A stretch of DNA of 64,000 nucleotides from Microtetraspora malaysiensis (GTDB taxonomy: Bacteria; Actinomycetota; Actinomycetes; Streptosporangiales; Streptosporangiaceae). Within the stretch, counting starts at the first letter, position 1; every line of letters starts with the position of its first letter. The notes below the pieces were generated by a model. That model saw only the letters and a program-made list of their open reading frames with translations, was not told the DNA's origin and searched no databases. This document shows positions 10,219 to 23,443 of this stretch, in pieces. Where the stretch lies: NCBI RefSeq assembly GCF_001528665.1, contig NZ_BBYJ01000004.1, positions 310,472-374,471 on the forward strand, written 5' to 3'. The position numbers and the translations under genes are program-made.

Positions 10219-11226
10219 TCAGCCTTTGAGGCTTCCAGCGGTGAGGCCGGCCATGATGCTGCGCTGGAAGAACAGGAAGACCACGATGGCGGGGACGCTG
10301 GCGATGACGAGCGCGGCCATGAGAACGTTCTGCGGCATCTGGGCGGAAAGGGAGGAAATGCCGACGCTGATCGGCATCTTGTCGGTGTCCGGCTGCACGA
10401 GCAGCGGCCAGACGAAATCCTTCCAGACGTTCACCACCGCCAGGATGGACACCACGCCGAGGATCGGCCGCGACACCGGCAGCACGATCGACCAGAGGAT
10501 CCGCGCGGGGCTGGCACCGTCCATCTCGGCGGCCTCGATCAGCTCACGCGGGATCGAGTCGAAGAACCGCTTGAGCAGGAAGATGAAGAACCCGTTCGCG
10601 GCGGCGGGCAGCCAGATCGCCCAGGGCGTGTTCAGCAGGTTCCAGCCCAGGATCGGCAGCTCTTTGACCGTCAGGTACGCCGGCAGCAGGATCACCATCG
10701 GCGGGATCATCAGGGTCGACAGCATCATGGCCAGGACCGCCTTGCCGAGCAGCGGCCGCAGCTTCGACAGCGCGTACGCCGCGGACACGTCGAAGGCCAG
10801 CGTGAACAGCCAGGCCCCGACGGCGTAGACGACCGTGTTGCGCAGGAAGAGGCCCAGGTCAAGCTGGTCCCACGCCTCCATGTACACCCCGAAGTCGATC
10901 TTCTCGGGGAAGAGCGAGGGCGGGATCTGGGCGATCTCCTCCGGCGACTTCAGCGCGCTGGTGACCATCCAGTACAGCGGGAAGACGAAGATCGCGGTGA
11001 ACGCCGTCACCACGGCGACGAGGACCGTCCAGTAGACGATCCGGCCGCGGGTGGTGGTCAGCGTGTGCGGCGAGACCAGGCCGCGGGCCGCGCGCCGCTC
11101 CCCCGTCCGGCCCGTACGGCGGCGTCCGCTCCTCCGTACCGGCGTGGGCGGCCCGAGCGGGGCCCGCCGGTCCGGGCGGACGTCGGCGTCGGACGCCCCG
11201 GCCGTGCGGTTCGACATCGGTGCCAC
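10219..11226 (-). CDS. Carbohydrate ABC transporter permease (MalG/AglG-like)
   Basis: 6-TM permease with EAA loop region (IELIEAAEMDGASPARILWSIVLPVSRP); start 7 bp after upstream permease stop; Arg-rich N-terminal extension may not all be translated. Confidence 0.75.
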   Translation of the reverse strand: MAPMSNRTAGASDADVRPDRRAPLGPPTPVRRSGRRRTGRTGERRAARGLVSPHTLTTTRGRIVYWTVLVAVVTAFTAIFVFPLYWMVTSALKSPEEIAQIPPSLFPEKIDFGVYMEAWDQLDLGLFLRNTVVYAVGAWLFTLAFDVSAAYALSKLRPLLGKAVLAMMLSTLMIPPMVILLPAYLTVKELPILGWNLLNTPWAIWLPAAANGFFIFLLKRFFDSIPRELIEAAEMDGASPARILWSIVLPVSRPILGVVSILAVVNVWKDFVWPLLVQPDTDKMPISVGISSLSAQMPQNVLMAALVIASVPAIVVFLFFQRSIMAGLTAGSLKG

Positions 11227-11232
11227 TCCCCT

Positions 11233-12180
11233 TCAGTTCTTGTCGTCCCGCGAGACGCGCAGGTAGACGGCCGAGAACACCATCAGCACGATCATGAGCA
11301 TGAGGCCCAGCGCGCCGCCGCCGCCGAAGTTCCCGAAGCTGAAGGCGTACTGGTACATGAGGTAGGCGACGGTGACGGTCGCGTTCTCCGGCCCGCCGCC
11401 GGTCAGCAGGTACGGCTCGATGAAGACCTGCATGGTCGCGACGATCTGCAGCAGCAGCATCACCAGGAGGATCAGCCGGGTCTGCGGGATCGTGACGTGC
11501 CAGACCCGGCGCAGCAGCCCGGCACCGTCCAGCTCCGCCGCCTCGTACAGCTCGCCGGGGATGCTCTGCAGCGCCGCGAGGTAGATCAGCGTGCCGGTGC
11601 CGAGGTTCATCCACGTGGACACGATGACCAGCGAGATCAGCGCCGTCGTGGTCGAGTCGAGCCAGCTCAGCGTGGGCAGGTGGACGACGTCGAGTATCTG
11701 GTTGAACAGCCCGGGACCCGGGTCGTAGAACCACTTGAACAGCAGCACCGCGACGGCAGGCGGCAGCATCACCGGCAGGTAGACGACGACCCTGAGATAC
11801 GCCTTGGCGTGCCGCAGCTCGTTGAGGACCAGCGCGATCACGAACGGCACGGCGTATCCGGCGACCAGCGCGAGCAGGGTGAACATCGCGGTGTTGATCC
11901 AGGCCGGCCCGAACGCCGGGTCCTCCGTCACCGTGCGGAAGTTGTCCAGCCCCACCCACTCGGGCGGCCCGACGAAGTTCGTCTTCTGGAAGCTGAGCAG
12001 GAACTCCCGGATCATCGGGTACCAGGAGAAGAACGCGAAGCAGACGAGCGCCCCGCAGAGGAACCCGTACGCCGTGAGGTTGCGGCGCACGGCACGCCTC
12101 ATCGCCTCCCGGCCCCGCCGCCGCGAGCTCCGCACGGTGATTGTGGTCATCGGTTTTGACTCCTGAATCGACGTGACCAC
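11233..12180 (-). CDS. Carbohydrate ABC transporter permease (MalF/AglF-like)
   Basis: MetI-like permease, EAA motif LYEAAELDGAGLLRRVWHVTIPQTR; same strand and tight spacing with substrate-binding-protein and second permease. Confidence 0.8.
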   Translation of the reverse strand: MVTSIQESKPMTTITVRSSRRRGREAMRRAVRRNLTAYGFLCGALVCFAFFSWYPMIREFLLSFQKTNFVGPPEWVGLDNFRTVTEDPAFGPAWINTAMFTLLALVAGYAVPFVIALVLNELRHAKAYLRVVVYLPVMLPPAVAVLLFKWFYDPGPGLFNQILDVVHLPTLSWLDSTTTALISLVIVSTWMNLGTGTLIYLAALQSIPGELYEAAELDGAGLLRRVWHVTIPQTRLILLVMLLLQIVATMQVFIEPYLLTGGGPENATVTVAYLMYQYAFSFGNFGGGGALGLMLMIVLMVFSAVYLRVSRDDKN

Positions 12181-12217
12181 CGGGGCGCCGCGCGTCGGCG
12201 GCGCCCCGGAGCCGAGG

Positions 12218-13591
12218 TCAGCTCGACTTGGCGAGGATGTTGTCGACCTTCTTCTGCGCGTCCGCGAGCAGCTGGTCGACGTTCGCGTCCTGCCTGGTCA
12301 GCACCGCCGACATCGCCGTGTCAAGCACCGCGTAGATCTCCTGGGCCTTCGGCGGCTCCAGCTTGAACTGGACGTTCGCCGCGCCGTCCACGTACGACTG
12401 GAAGTGGTCGACCGGAACCGTCGCGAACTGCGTGCGCTGCTCGTTGATCTTCACGCCGGGCGGGGTCGAGCCGTACAGGTCGGTGCTGGGCAGGCCGACC
12501 GGCAGCCCGTCGGTCTTGCTCCGCTCGTAGTTGAACTGGCCCTGGCCCGGGGTCAGGAAGCGGTACTCCAGCCACATCAGGCCCGCCTTGATCTTCTCGG
12601 GCGTGGCCTTGGGGTTGAACATGTAGCCGTCGCCGCCGCTCAGCGACTGCGTGGCCTCGGGCAGCGCGGTCACGCCGTAGTCCTCGAACTTGCCCTTGAA
12701 GTCGTTGTTGACGGCCTGGACGACGTCGGGGGCGCCGATCATCATGCCGAGCTTGCCGGAGCCCATCATCCGCATGAGGTCCTCCCAGCGGAGGAGCTGC
12801 TTGGTGCCCATGCTGTTGTCGGTCCAGCGCATCTCCTTGAGGTTCTCCAGCACCGCCTTGCCCTCGGGGCCGTTGAACGCCGACTGCTTGCCGTCGGGGG
12901 TGACCATCTCGCCGCCCCGCCCGTACAGCGCGGAGGTGAAGTGCCAGCCGCCGGTGTTGCCGGCGCTGTACTCGCCGTACCCGACGTAGCCGGCGCCGAG
13001 CGCGGCGATCTTCTTGGCCGCCTCCCGGACCTCGGACCAGGTCTTGGGCGGGCTGTCCGGGTCGAGACCGGCCTGGGTGAAGAGCTTGCGGTTGTACACC
13101 AGGCCCGTGGAGTAGTTGGTGCGCGGAAGGCCGTAGATCTTGTCGCCGCTCTTGAAGACGCTCAGCACGTCCGGGCGCATGTCCTTCAGCGTGGTCACCG
13201 TGTCGACGTACGGCGTGATGTCGGCGGCCTGCCCGGCGGCGATGATCCTCTGGACGTCGGTGTAGTAGACGTAGAAGAGGTCCTCCATCTCCCCTCCGGC
13301 CAGCTTGGCCTGGAACGTCTCCGGGACGATGCAGGGGAACGCGTCCTTGCTCTCGATCGTGATGTTCGAGTGGAGCTTCTGGAACGCGGCGACGTCGGCG
13401 TCCCACTGAGCGCGTTCCTTCGGGTTGCTCTTCGGCGGCTGGCAGCCGACCGTGATCGTGACCGGGGCGTCCGCCCCGGCCGACGCGGCGGGCTTGGCAC
13501 TGTCCTTCGCGTCGTCACCGCCGCTGCCGCAGGCGGCGACGGTGAGGGTGATGCCTGCCGCCAGCAGTATCGAGAGGTTGCGGGATTTCAT
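12218..13591 (-). CDS. ABC transporter extracellular solute-binding lipoprotein (family 1, sugar)
   Basis: Start ATG at 13589-13591 preceded by ribosome-binding site GGAGGG; lipoprotein signal MKSRNLSILLAAGITLTVAACGSGG; family-1 substrate-binding-protein body. The longer 529-aa ORF in the track is an upstream read-through. Confidence 0.8.
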   Translation of the reverse strand: MKSRNLSILLAAGITLTVAACGSGGDDAKDSAKPAASAGADAPVTITVGCQPPKSNPKERAQWDADVAAFQKLHSNITIESKDAFPCIVPETFQAKLAGGEMEDLFYVYYTDVQRIIAAGQAADITPYVDTVTTLKDMRPDVLSVFKSGDKIYGLPRTNYSTGLVYNRKLFTQAGLDPDSPPKTWSEVREAAKKIAALGAGYVGYGEYSAGNTGGWHFTSALYGRGGEMVTPDGKQSAFNGPEGKAVLENLKEMRWTDNSMGTKQLLRWEDLMRMMGSGKLGMMIGAPDVVQAVNNDFKGKFEDYGVTALPEATQSLSGGDGYMFNPKATPEKIKAGLMWLEYRFLTPGQGQFNYERSKTDGLPVGLPSTDLYGSTPPGVKINEQRTQFATVPVDHFQSYVDGAANVQFKLEPPKAQEIYAVLDTAMSAVLTRQDANVDQLLADAQKKVDNILAKSS

Positions 13592-13714
13592 CTTGTTCCC
13601 TCCTGGAACGGCACACCACGACCCGTCTAGGCGCCCCCGCTCGCCCACCGTCTCATCGAACGGCCACGAGCCGGACATTTGCCTGAAACATACAAAGCGC
13701 CACATATAAGAGCA

Positions 13715-13730
13715 AGACGCTGGTGCGTCT
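13715..13730. promoter_or_regulatory. 6-4-6 inverted repeat AGACGC tggt GCGTCT in AT-rich promoter region of the sugar ABC operon
   Basis: Read directly; in the only AT-rich stretch (catatataagagcaagacgctggtgcgtctgatgcaaaaaag) between the substrate-binding-protein start and LacI stop. Confidence 0.3.
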
Positions 13731-13925
13731 GATGCAAAAAAGTGACAGCAATGCGAATCTCCATGGCAGCGCCCATCGATCGCCGACGGCATGAGGAGGG
13801 GCGGCATCGGGCCCGGATCAGGGGGTCACCCGGGCGGGATCGGCCGACGTGACCGGCCAAGGCGGGACCGGCCCAGGCGGGACCGGACGCGCGGGACTGG
13901 GCCACACGGGCGGGAGAGACCGGGC

Positions 13926-14954
13926 TCAGGCGGGATCGGCCGGCGCGGGTCCCGTGGAGGAGCGTACGACCAGCTCGGGCTCGAACAGCAGCTCGTCACC
14001 CGGGACGGCGCCCGCGCGGATCTGCGAGACGAGCAGTTCGACGGCGGCCCGCCCCATCGCCTCGATGGGCTGGCGCACGGTCGTCAGCGGCGGATCGGCG
14101 CAGTTCATCAGCGCCGAGTCGTCGTAGCCGACGACGGAGACGTCCCCCGGGACCGACAGCCCGGCCCGGCGGGCGGCGCGGATCGCGCCGAGGGCCAGCA
14201 CGTCGCTGGCGCAGGCGATGCCGGTGACGCCGCGCCGCACCAGCCGGGCCGCCGCGGCGTGGCCGCCCTCGATCGAGAACAACGCGTGCTCGACCTGCTC
14301 GGGGCCCAGCTCCAGCCCCTTCTCCTCCGCGAACGCCCGGAACGCGGCGAGCTTGCGCCGGGACGGCACATGGTCGGGCGAGCCGAGCAGGATGCCGACG
14401 CGACGGTGGCCGAGGGCCAGCAGGTGGGCGAGCGCCATCTCGGCGGCGGCCACGTCGTCGCAGGAGACCTGGGGGAAGCGCAGGTGCTCGACGGCGGCGT
14501 TGACCAGCACGATGGGGAGCCCCCGCTCCCGCACCCGCTCGTAGTGCGTGTGTGACGCGTTGCCCTGGGCGTACAGGCCGCCGGCGAAGACGATGCCGGA
14601 CACGTGCTGCTGGAGGAGCAGATCGACGTAGTCGGCCTCCGAGACGCCCCCGACCGTACGGGTGCAGAGCACGGGCGTGAATCCCTGCTGGGCCAGCGCT
14701 CCGCCGACGACCTCGGCGAACGCCGGGAAGATCGGGTTCTGCAGCTCCGGGAGCACCAGGCCGACCAGGCGGCCCCGCTCCCCGCGCAGCCGCGAGGGCC
14801 GCTCGTACCCGAGCACGTCGAGGGCGGTGAGCACGGCCTCTCTGGTCGCGTCGGACACGCCGGGCTTGCCGTTGAGGACGCGGCTGACCGTCGCCTCGCT
14901 CACGCCCACCTTCTTGGCCACTTCCGCAAGCCGTCGCGTCATGAACGCAAGCAT
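13926..14954 (-). CDS. LacI-family transcriptional regulator (paralog 1)
   Basis: HTH MTRRLAEVAKKVGVSEATVSRVLNGKPGVSDATREAVLTALDVLGYERP; sugar-binding core. Confidence 0.8.
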   Translation of the reverse strand: MLAFMTRRLAEVAKKVGVSEATVSRVLNGKPGVSDATREAVLTALDVLGYERPSRLRGERGRLVGLVLPELQNPIFPAFAEVVGGALAQQGFTPVLCTRTVGGVSEADYVDLLLQQHVSGIVFAGGLYAQGNASHTHYERVRERGLPIVLVNAAVEHLRFPQVSCDDVAAAEMALAHLLALGHRRVGILLGSPDHVPSRRKLAAFRAFAEEKGLELGPEQVEHALFSIEGGHAAAARLVRRGVTGIACASDVLALGAIRAARRAGLSVPGDVSVVGYDDSALMNCADPPLTTVRQPIEAMGRAAVELLVSQIRAGAVPGDELLFEPELVVRSSTGPAPADPA

Positions 14955-15066
14955 ACGACAATTCGCGTAAGAATTTGCGTTCGCTTGCGCGGCGTACGCG
15001 TCCGGCCGGAGCGACCGCCACGGTCGCCCGGCCGAGCCGACCGGCGGCGCAGGGTGAATCAGGCGG

Positions 15067-16071
15067 TCAACCGGCGGCAGCGCGGGGGCGGGCCGTGGAG
15101 GCGCGCACCACCAGTTCGGGCTCGAAGAGCAACTCGCCGGTCGCGACCGCGGTCCCGTCGATCTGGTTGACCAGCAGCTCGACCACGGCCCGGCCCATCG
15201 CCTCGATCGGCTGCCGGATCGTCGTCAGCGGCGGATCCACGCACGTCATCAGCGCGGAGTCGTCGTAGCCGACCACGGACACGTCCTGGGGCACCCGCAA
15301 CCCCTGCCGGCGGGCGGCCCGGACCACCCCGAGCGCGAGCGGATCGCTGCCGCAGACGATGCCCGTCACATCCCGGGCGAGCAGCTTGGCCGCCGCCGCG
15401 TGGCCGCCCTCCAGCGAGTGCATGGTGTGCTCGACCAGCTCGCCGCCGGACGCCCGGAACGCCTCCAGCTTGCGTACGGACGGCATGTGGTCGGGCGGGC
15501 CGACGACGAGGCCGACGCGCTCGTGCCCGAGCGACCGCAGGTGGCCCACGGCCTGCTCGACGGCGATCGAGTCGTCACACGACACGCGGGGGAACTCCCA
15601 GTGGTCGGCGGCCGCGTTCACGAGGACCGTCGGCAGCCGCCGGTCGATCAACCTGAGGTAGTGCTCGTGCACCACCCCCGCCTGCGTGTACAGGCCGCCC
15701 GCGAAGACCACGCCGGACACCTGCTGCTGCAGCAGGAGATCGACGTAGTCCGCCTCCGAGATGCCGCCGACGGTACGGGTGCAGAGCACGGGCGTGAACC
15801 CCTGCTGGGCGAGGGAGCCGCCGACCACTTCGGCGAACGCCGGGAAGATCGGGTTCTGCAGCTCCGGGAGCACCAGGCCGACCAGGCGGCCCCGCTCTCC
15901 GCGGAGCTGCGTGGGCCGCTCGTATCCGAGCACGTCAAGCGCGGTGAGCACCGCCTCCCGCGTCGCGTCCGAAACGCCCGCCTTGCCGTTGAGCACGCGA
16001 CTCACCGTCGCCTCGCTCACCCCCACTTTTTTGGCAACTTCGGCAAGTCGTCGCGTCATGGGCGCAAGCAT
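15067..16071 (-). CDS. LacI-family transcriptional regulator (paralog 2, tandem duplicate)
   Basis: N-terminal about 130 aa nearly identical to paralog 1 (about 90% nucleotide identity over roughly 400 bp read by eye), C-terminal effector domain diverged. Confidence 0.8.
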   Translation of the reverse strand: MLAPMTRRLAEVAKKVGVSEATVSRVLNGKAGVSDATREAVLTALDVLGYERPTQLRGERGRLVGLVLPELQNPIFPAFAEVVGGSLAQQGFTPVLCTRTVGGISEADYVDLLLQQQVSGVVFAGGLYTQAGVVHEHYLRLIDRRLPTVLVNAAADHWEFPRVSCDDSIAVEQAVGHLRSLGHERVGLVVGPPDHMPSVRKLEAFRASGGELVEHTMHSLEGGHAAAAKLLARDVTGIVCGSDPLALGVVRAARRQGLRVPQDVSVVGYDDSALMTCVDPPLTTIRQPIEAMGRAVVELLVNQIDGTAVATGELLFEPELVVRASTARPRAAAG

Positions 16072-16189
16072 AGGTCCGGCAACACCGGTACTTTACGATC
16101 TCCTGCTTTTGTAAGCGGGTTGTAAGTGACCTGCAAGGGGGCGTCCCTAACGTCGCTCCCCGTCTCAAAGATCACTAGGAAGGCAATCA

Positions 16190-16567
16190 ATGAGCATCGT
16201 CCGGAACTCCCTCGCCGTCGTCGCGGCGTCCGCGGTTCTCGCCCTGACCTCGGCCTGCGGCGGAGGCGCTGACAAGGTGGCGCTCTGCACGGAGACCACC
16301 AAGGCGATGACGGATTACGCGAGTGCGATGGCCTCGGCCGGCACGAACCTCGACGGGTTCAACCAGGCGAGCTCGGACTTGGCGGCCAAGCTCAAGGAGA
16401 TCGCGGGCAAGGCCGACGGCGACCTGCAGAGCTCGCTGACGAAGTTCGGCGAGTCCTTCGACGAGCTCAAGGTCGACCCGAAGGACCCCGCCGCCGCGAC
16501 CAAGGTCGGCGACTTCGCCAAGAAGGTCACCGAGGCCAGCACGGCCTTCGCCTCCGCCTGCGCCTGA
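16190..16567 (+). CDS. Small secreted lipoprotein, hypothetical
   Basis: Ribosome-binding site AGGAAGG; signal/lipobox LALTSACGGG; Ala/Lys/Asp-rich helical body, ends with Cys. Confidence 0.55.
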   Translation: MSIVRNSLAVVAASAVLALTSACGGGADKVALCTETTKAMTDYASAMASAGTNLDGFNQASSDLAAKLKEIAGKADGDLQSSLTKFGESFDELKVDPKDPAAATKVGDFAKKVTEASTAFASACA

Positions 16568-16648
16568 CGTCGGACGCTTAGGTCTTCGGGCTTCCCCACA
16601 CAGAGCTCTCCCTTCAAAGGGCTCCCCCCGCGGACACCCATCCACACC

Positions 16649-16682
16649 GAAGCCGCCGCACTCCGCGAGGTGCGGCGGCTTC
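16649..16682. terminator. Bidirectional terminator hairpin between convergent genes
   Basis: 13-bp perfect stem gaagccgccgcac / gtgcggcggcttc with 8-nt loop. Confidence 0.55.
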
Positions 16683-16736
16683 GCCATGTCGGCAGTGGTC
16701 ACGCCGGGATTCACCGCCCGCGTTCACCGTCGCGGC

Positions 16737-17045
16737 TCAGTACTCCAGGCTCCAGTCGTTGGGCCCCACCAGGTAGACGCCCTGGCGGCGCACCAACCAT
16801 CCGTCGGCCACCAGGACATCGAGGCTCTGCCGGACGAACTCCTCGGGGAGGTCGGCGAGCCGGGTGATCTCGGCGACGGTGGCCGGGCGCCGGTCCACGC
16901 CCAGCGCGGCCACGGTCTCGTACACGCGCATGTCGTCGTCGTACACGCTCTGCACGTCGGCGAGCGGCCAAGGGGCCTCCGCGACCCGGACGGGGGCGTC
17001 ACCGGCGCGGCCGTGCGCCTTCCGGCCCGTCTTCGTTCTGCTCAT
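16737..17045 (-). CDS. Small hypothetical protein, possible winged-helix DNA-binding
   Basis: 102 aa; ...TVAEITRLADLPEEFVRQSLDVLVADGWLVRRQGVYLVGP resembles a MarR/ArsR-like wing; low confidence. Confidence 0.35.
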   Translation of the reverse strand: MSRTKTGRKAHGRAGDAPVRVAEAPWPLADVQSVYDDDMRVYETVAALGVDRRPATVAEITRLADLPEEFVRQSLDVLVADGWLVRRQGVYLVGPNDWSLEY

Positions 17046-17051
17046 GGCCGC

Positions 17052-17282
17052 TCACCTCAGCCGTGCTCCGCTGCGCAGGCGCTCCGGATCCACGTCCCGC
17101 TCGGGGTAGCGCTTGAGGTACTCCCCCTCAAGCTGCCTGGTCCGGATCGTGTGGTGCTCCAGCGCGTCGTCGGATCCGTGCAGGAGGGTGTCGGTCCGGG
17201 TCTCGTGGAGATGGCGCATCTCGCGAAAGAGATCGTCGTCGTCGAGTTCCCGGGGGTCGACCCCCATCTCCCTGGTCGTCAT
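17052..17282 (-). CDS. Small acidic hypothetical protein
   Basis: 76 aa ORF directly upstream (same strand) of the previous gene; no recognisable domain. Confidence 0.3.
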   Translation of the reverse strand: MTTREMGVDPRELDDDDLFREMRHLHETRTDTLLHGSDDALEHHTIRTRQLEGEYLKRYPERDVDPERLRSGARLR

Positions 17283-17489
17283 CTCTGCCCCCTCAGACGA
17301 TGTTCATTTGCGCTCGCTTCGCTCGCGCGACCTGGATCGGCTTGTCCCAGCGCTCGTCGGGCCTCGTATGCCGCACCTCTGCCCGGCCTGGAGTCAGCAA
17401 ACCTCGTCACGGGGTGACAAATAACCGAATTGGGTATCAATCGCGTTGATGCGGACATGGGCTCGCATCATGGCCCAAACGGGGGAATT

Positions 17490-17639
17490 ATGGCTGAAGC
17501 ACCTAAGAAGAAAGCCGCGAAGTCGACGGGCAAGGCCAAGAAGTCGGCCATCAAGCAGGCCCGCTCGGCCAAGCAGTCCAAGAAGTCGTCCGGATCGACC
17601 GGCTCCATGGACGAGCGGCCGACGACTCAGAACGAATAG
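17490..17639 (+). CDS. Small lysine-rich basic protein (49 aa), hypothetical
   Basis: Ribosome-binding site GGGGGAA then ATG; MAEAPKKKAAKSTGKAKKSAIKQARSAKQSKKSS... histone-tail-like composition. Confidence 0.35.
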   Translation: MAEAPKKKAAKSTGKAKKSAIKQARSAKQSKKSSGSTGSMDERPTTQNE

Positions 17640-17778
17640 CCGCAGAACCACTAGCTGACCGAAGGGCCGGGCCACCCGATCCGGGCCCGGCCCCGGACGC
17701 GCCACGCCCGCGCCGGCGCCGCCCGCCAGGTTCACGGCGTGACCATCCGGACACATCCGCGACACCCGACGAGGCGGC

Positions 17779-21021
<3,243 letters not shown>

Positions 21022-21088
21022 CATTTGTCCTGCGAGAACGAGGAGCTGACCGGCATGCGGCGGTGGGCGATCTGGCAGAGTAATAAGC

Positions 21089-21589
21089 GTGCAAACCCCC
21101 ACCACCACCCTCCGTCCCCCGCTGCACCGCGTGAGCCGTACCGCGATCTGGTACTGGACCGTACGGGCGTGCCTGGGGTGGCTGGTGCTCATCGGCGGGC
21201 AGGTCGCCTGGATGGTGGCCGGCGGTGGTGATCAGCGCACGCTGCGGATCTCGGCGCTCGGCGTCACCGCGGTCCTGGCCGCCGCGCACGTGATCGTCAT
21301 GCCCCGGTGGCGGTACCACGTGCACCGCTGGGAGACCACGCCGGAAGCCGTGTACACGTTGTCCGGGTGGTTCAAGCAGGAGTGGCGGATCGCCCCGGTC
21401 TCGCGCATCCAGACCGTGGACAGCGAGCGCGGCCCCCTGGAGCAGCTCTTCAAGCTGGCCAACGTCACGGTGACCACCGCCTCCGCGGCCGGCCCGATCA
21501 AGATCGGCGGCCTGGACCGCGCGACCGCCGACCGCGTCGTCCACGAGCTGACCGCGAGCGCGCAGGCCACCGCCGGTGACGCCACGTGA
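21089..21589 (+). CDS. YdbS-like bacterial PH-domain (bPH_2) membrane protein
   Basis: Two TM helices then bPH_2 fold; start GTG of next gene overlaps stop (GTGA). Confidence 0.6.
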   Translation: MQTPTTTLRPPLHRVSRTAIWYWTVRACLGWLVLIGGQVAWMVAGGGDQRTLRISALGVTAVLAAAHVIVMPRWRYHVHRWETTPEAVYTLSGWFKQEWRIAPVSRIQTVDSERGPLEQLFKLANVTVTTASAAGPIKIGGLDRATADRVVHELTASAQATAGDAT

Positions 21590-23415
21590 ACGGCGACGGC
21601 GGCGAGGAGTGGCGGCGGCTCCACCCGCGGATGCTGGCCGTCCACCCGTTCCATGTGGCGGTGCGCGCGGTGCCCGCGCTGCTCGGGCTGTCCGTGGCCG
21701 GGTCGCGCGGCGGCATCCCCGGTCACATCTTGAGCTTCGGCGCCCTGGGGCTGATGGTCGTGATCGGCGTGCTCCAGTGGTTCACCACGACGTTCCGGAT
21801 CACCGACGAGCACGTCCAGGTGCGCAAGGGACTCTTCCGCAGGCAGGTGGTGACGGTCCCCCGCGACCGGGTGCGCTCCGTGGACGTCACCTCGCACATC
21901 CTGCACCGCGTGCTCGGGCTGGCGCGGGTCGAGATCGGCACCGGCCGCTCGGACCAGAAGGGCGGCGGGGCGGTAAAGCTCGACGCGCTCGGCATGGCCG
22001 AGGCCGCCCACCTTCGCGAGGAGTTGCTGCACCGCCGGCCCGCGGCGGCCGCGCGGACCGGCGAAGCGCTGACCGGCACCCCCGGCCCGTACGCGGCGAC
22101 CTCGGTCGGCGTGGTGACCGGCCCGGCGGACGGCGACCCGGCCGCGAGCCCCGGTTCCGGCCAGGCCCCGTGGGCGGAGACGGACGCGCTCACGAGCACG
22201 GGACACGCGGCGGCCGGGACCGGTCCGCACGGCGCGGGCCGGGGATCACCGGCTGATCCGCGCGGGGACGCCGCGCCGGTCACCGCCGCCGCCCACCAGA
22301 ACGACGCGTGGCCCACCGAAGCGGCGCCCGCCTGGGATGCCGGACAGGAGGAGACCGAGCTGGCCCGGCTGCGGCCGCGCTGGATCAGGTACGCCCCGTT
22401 CACGCTCTCGGGCATCGTCGCGATCGGCGTCGTCGCCGGATTCCTGTCGCGGCTGATCAACGAGGGCGGCGTGGACCTGCGCCAGGTCGGCGCGCTGCGC
22501 GACGGCTGGGCGTGGTTCACCGACATCCCGGTGTGGACCGCGATCGCGGCGTCCGTCGTCGCCCTGATCGTCTTCGTGGCGGTCGCCTCCACGCTGGGGT
22601 ACGTCCTGTCGTTCTGGGGGTTCCGGCTGACCCGGCACTCCGGGGGCACGCTGCACGTCACACGGGGGCTCGTCACGGCCCGGGCGACCACGATCGAGGA
22701 GCGGCGGCTGCGCGGCGTGGAGGTTAGCGAGCCGCTGCTGCTGCGGGCCGTACGCGGGGCCCGGCTGATCGCGGTGACCACCGGCCTGCGGGTCGGGCGC
22801 GGCGCGCAGCGCGGCGGCTCGATGCTCCTGCCGCCCGCGCCGGTCGCCGAGGTCGAGCGGCTCGCCGAGGTGATCCTCGCCCCCGATCCGTCCGGTGCCG
22901 CCTCCCCGCGCGAGGCGTCGCCAGGTGAGGCGTCGCCGATCACGGTCCCTCTCGTCCCGCACGGTCCCGCGGCGCTGCGCCGCCGGTTCACCCGCGCGCT
23001 CGGCGTGAACGCCCTGGCCGTGCTGGCGCTCCTGGCGCTGTGGGAGTGGGCGGGCGTGCCGGCCTGGACCTGGATCACGGCCCTGGCGTGCCTCCCGCTC
23101 GCGGCGCTGCTCGCGGCCGACCGCTACCGGAGCCTGGGGCACGCCATGACCCCCGAGTACCTGGTCACCCGCTGGGGATCGCTGGTCCGCAGGCGGGTCG
23201 CCCTGGAACGCGACGGGATCATCGGCTGGAACGTCACCCGGTCCTTCTTCCAGCGCCGGGCGGGGCTGGCCACACTCACGGCGACCACGGCGGCCGGCAG
23301 GCAGGGCTACGGTGTCTCGGACGTGGCGATGAGCGAGGCGATCGACCTCGCGGCGGCGGGCCTCCCCGGCCTGCTCGATCCGTTCCTCGTCGTCCCGGAG
23401 AAGAACACCCCCTGA
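21586..23415 (+). CDS. YdbT-like membrane protein with three bPH_2 domains
   Basis: 609 aa, repeated TM-hairpin plus PH units (RITDEHVQVRKGLFRRQVVTVPRDRVRSVDV...). Confidence 0.6.
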   Translation: MNGDGGEEWRRLHPRMLAVHPFHVAVRAVPALLGLSVAGSRGGIPGHILSFGALGLMVVIGVLQWFTTTFRITDEHVQVRKGLFRRQVVTVPRDRVRSVDVTSHILHRVLGLARVEIGTGRSDQKGGGAVKLDALGMAEAAHLREELLHRRPAAAARTGEALTGTPGPYAATSVGVVTGPADGDPAASPGSGQAPWAETDALTSTGHAAAGTGPHGAGRGSPADPRGDAAPVTAAAHQNDAWPTEAAPAWDAGQEETELARLRPRWIRYAPFTLSGIVAIGVVAGFLSRLINEGGVDLRQVGALRDGWAWFTDIPVWTAIAASVVALIVFVAVASTLGYVLSFWGFRLTRHSGGTLHVTRGLVTARATTIEERRLRGVEVSEPLLLRAVRGARLIAVTTGLRVGRGAQRGGSMLLPPAPVAEVERLAEVILAPDPSGAASPREASPGEASPITVPLVPHGPAALRRRFTRALGVNALAVLALLALWEWAGVPAWTWITALACLPLAALLAADRYRSLGHAMTPEYLVTRWGSLVRRRVALERDGIIGWNVTRSFFQRRAGLATLTATTAAGRQGYGVSDVAMSEAIDLAAAGLPGLLDPFLVVPEKNTP

Positions 23416-23443
23416 CCTGGACAAACCCGCGCAAGGAGATCCG

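Noticed and set aside
16670-17417. 243-aa plus-strand ORF covering 16686-17417.
   Set aside because: It is antisense to two small minus-strand genes with better start contexts, and its translation is low-complexity.
17430-17489. Upstream extension of the small Lys-rich ORF (MGINRVDADMGSHHGPNGGI...).
   Set aside because: The ribosome-binding site GGGGGAA sits immediately before the internal ATG at 17490, and the extension has no coding character.
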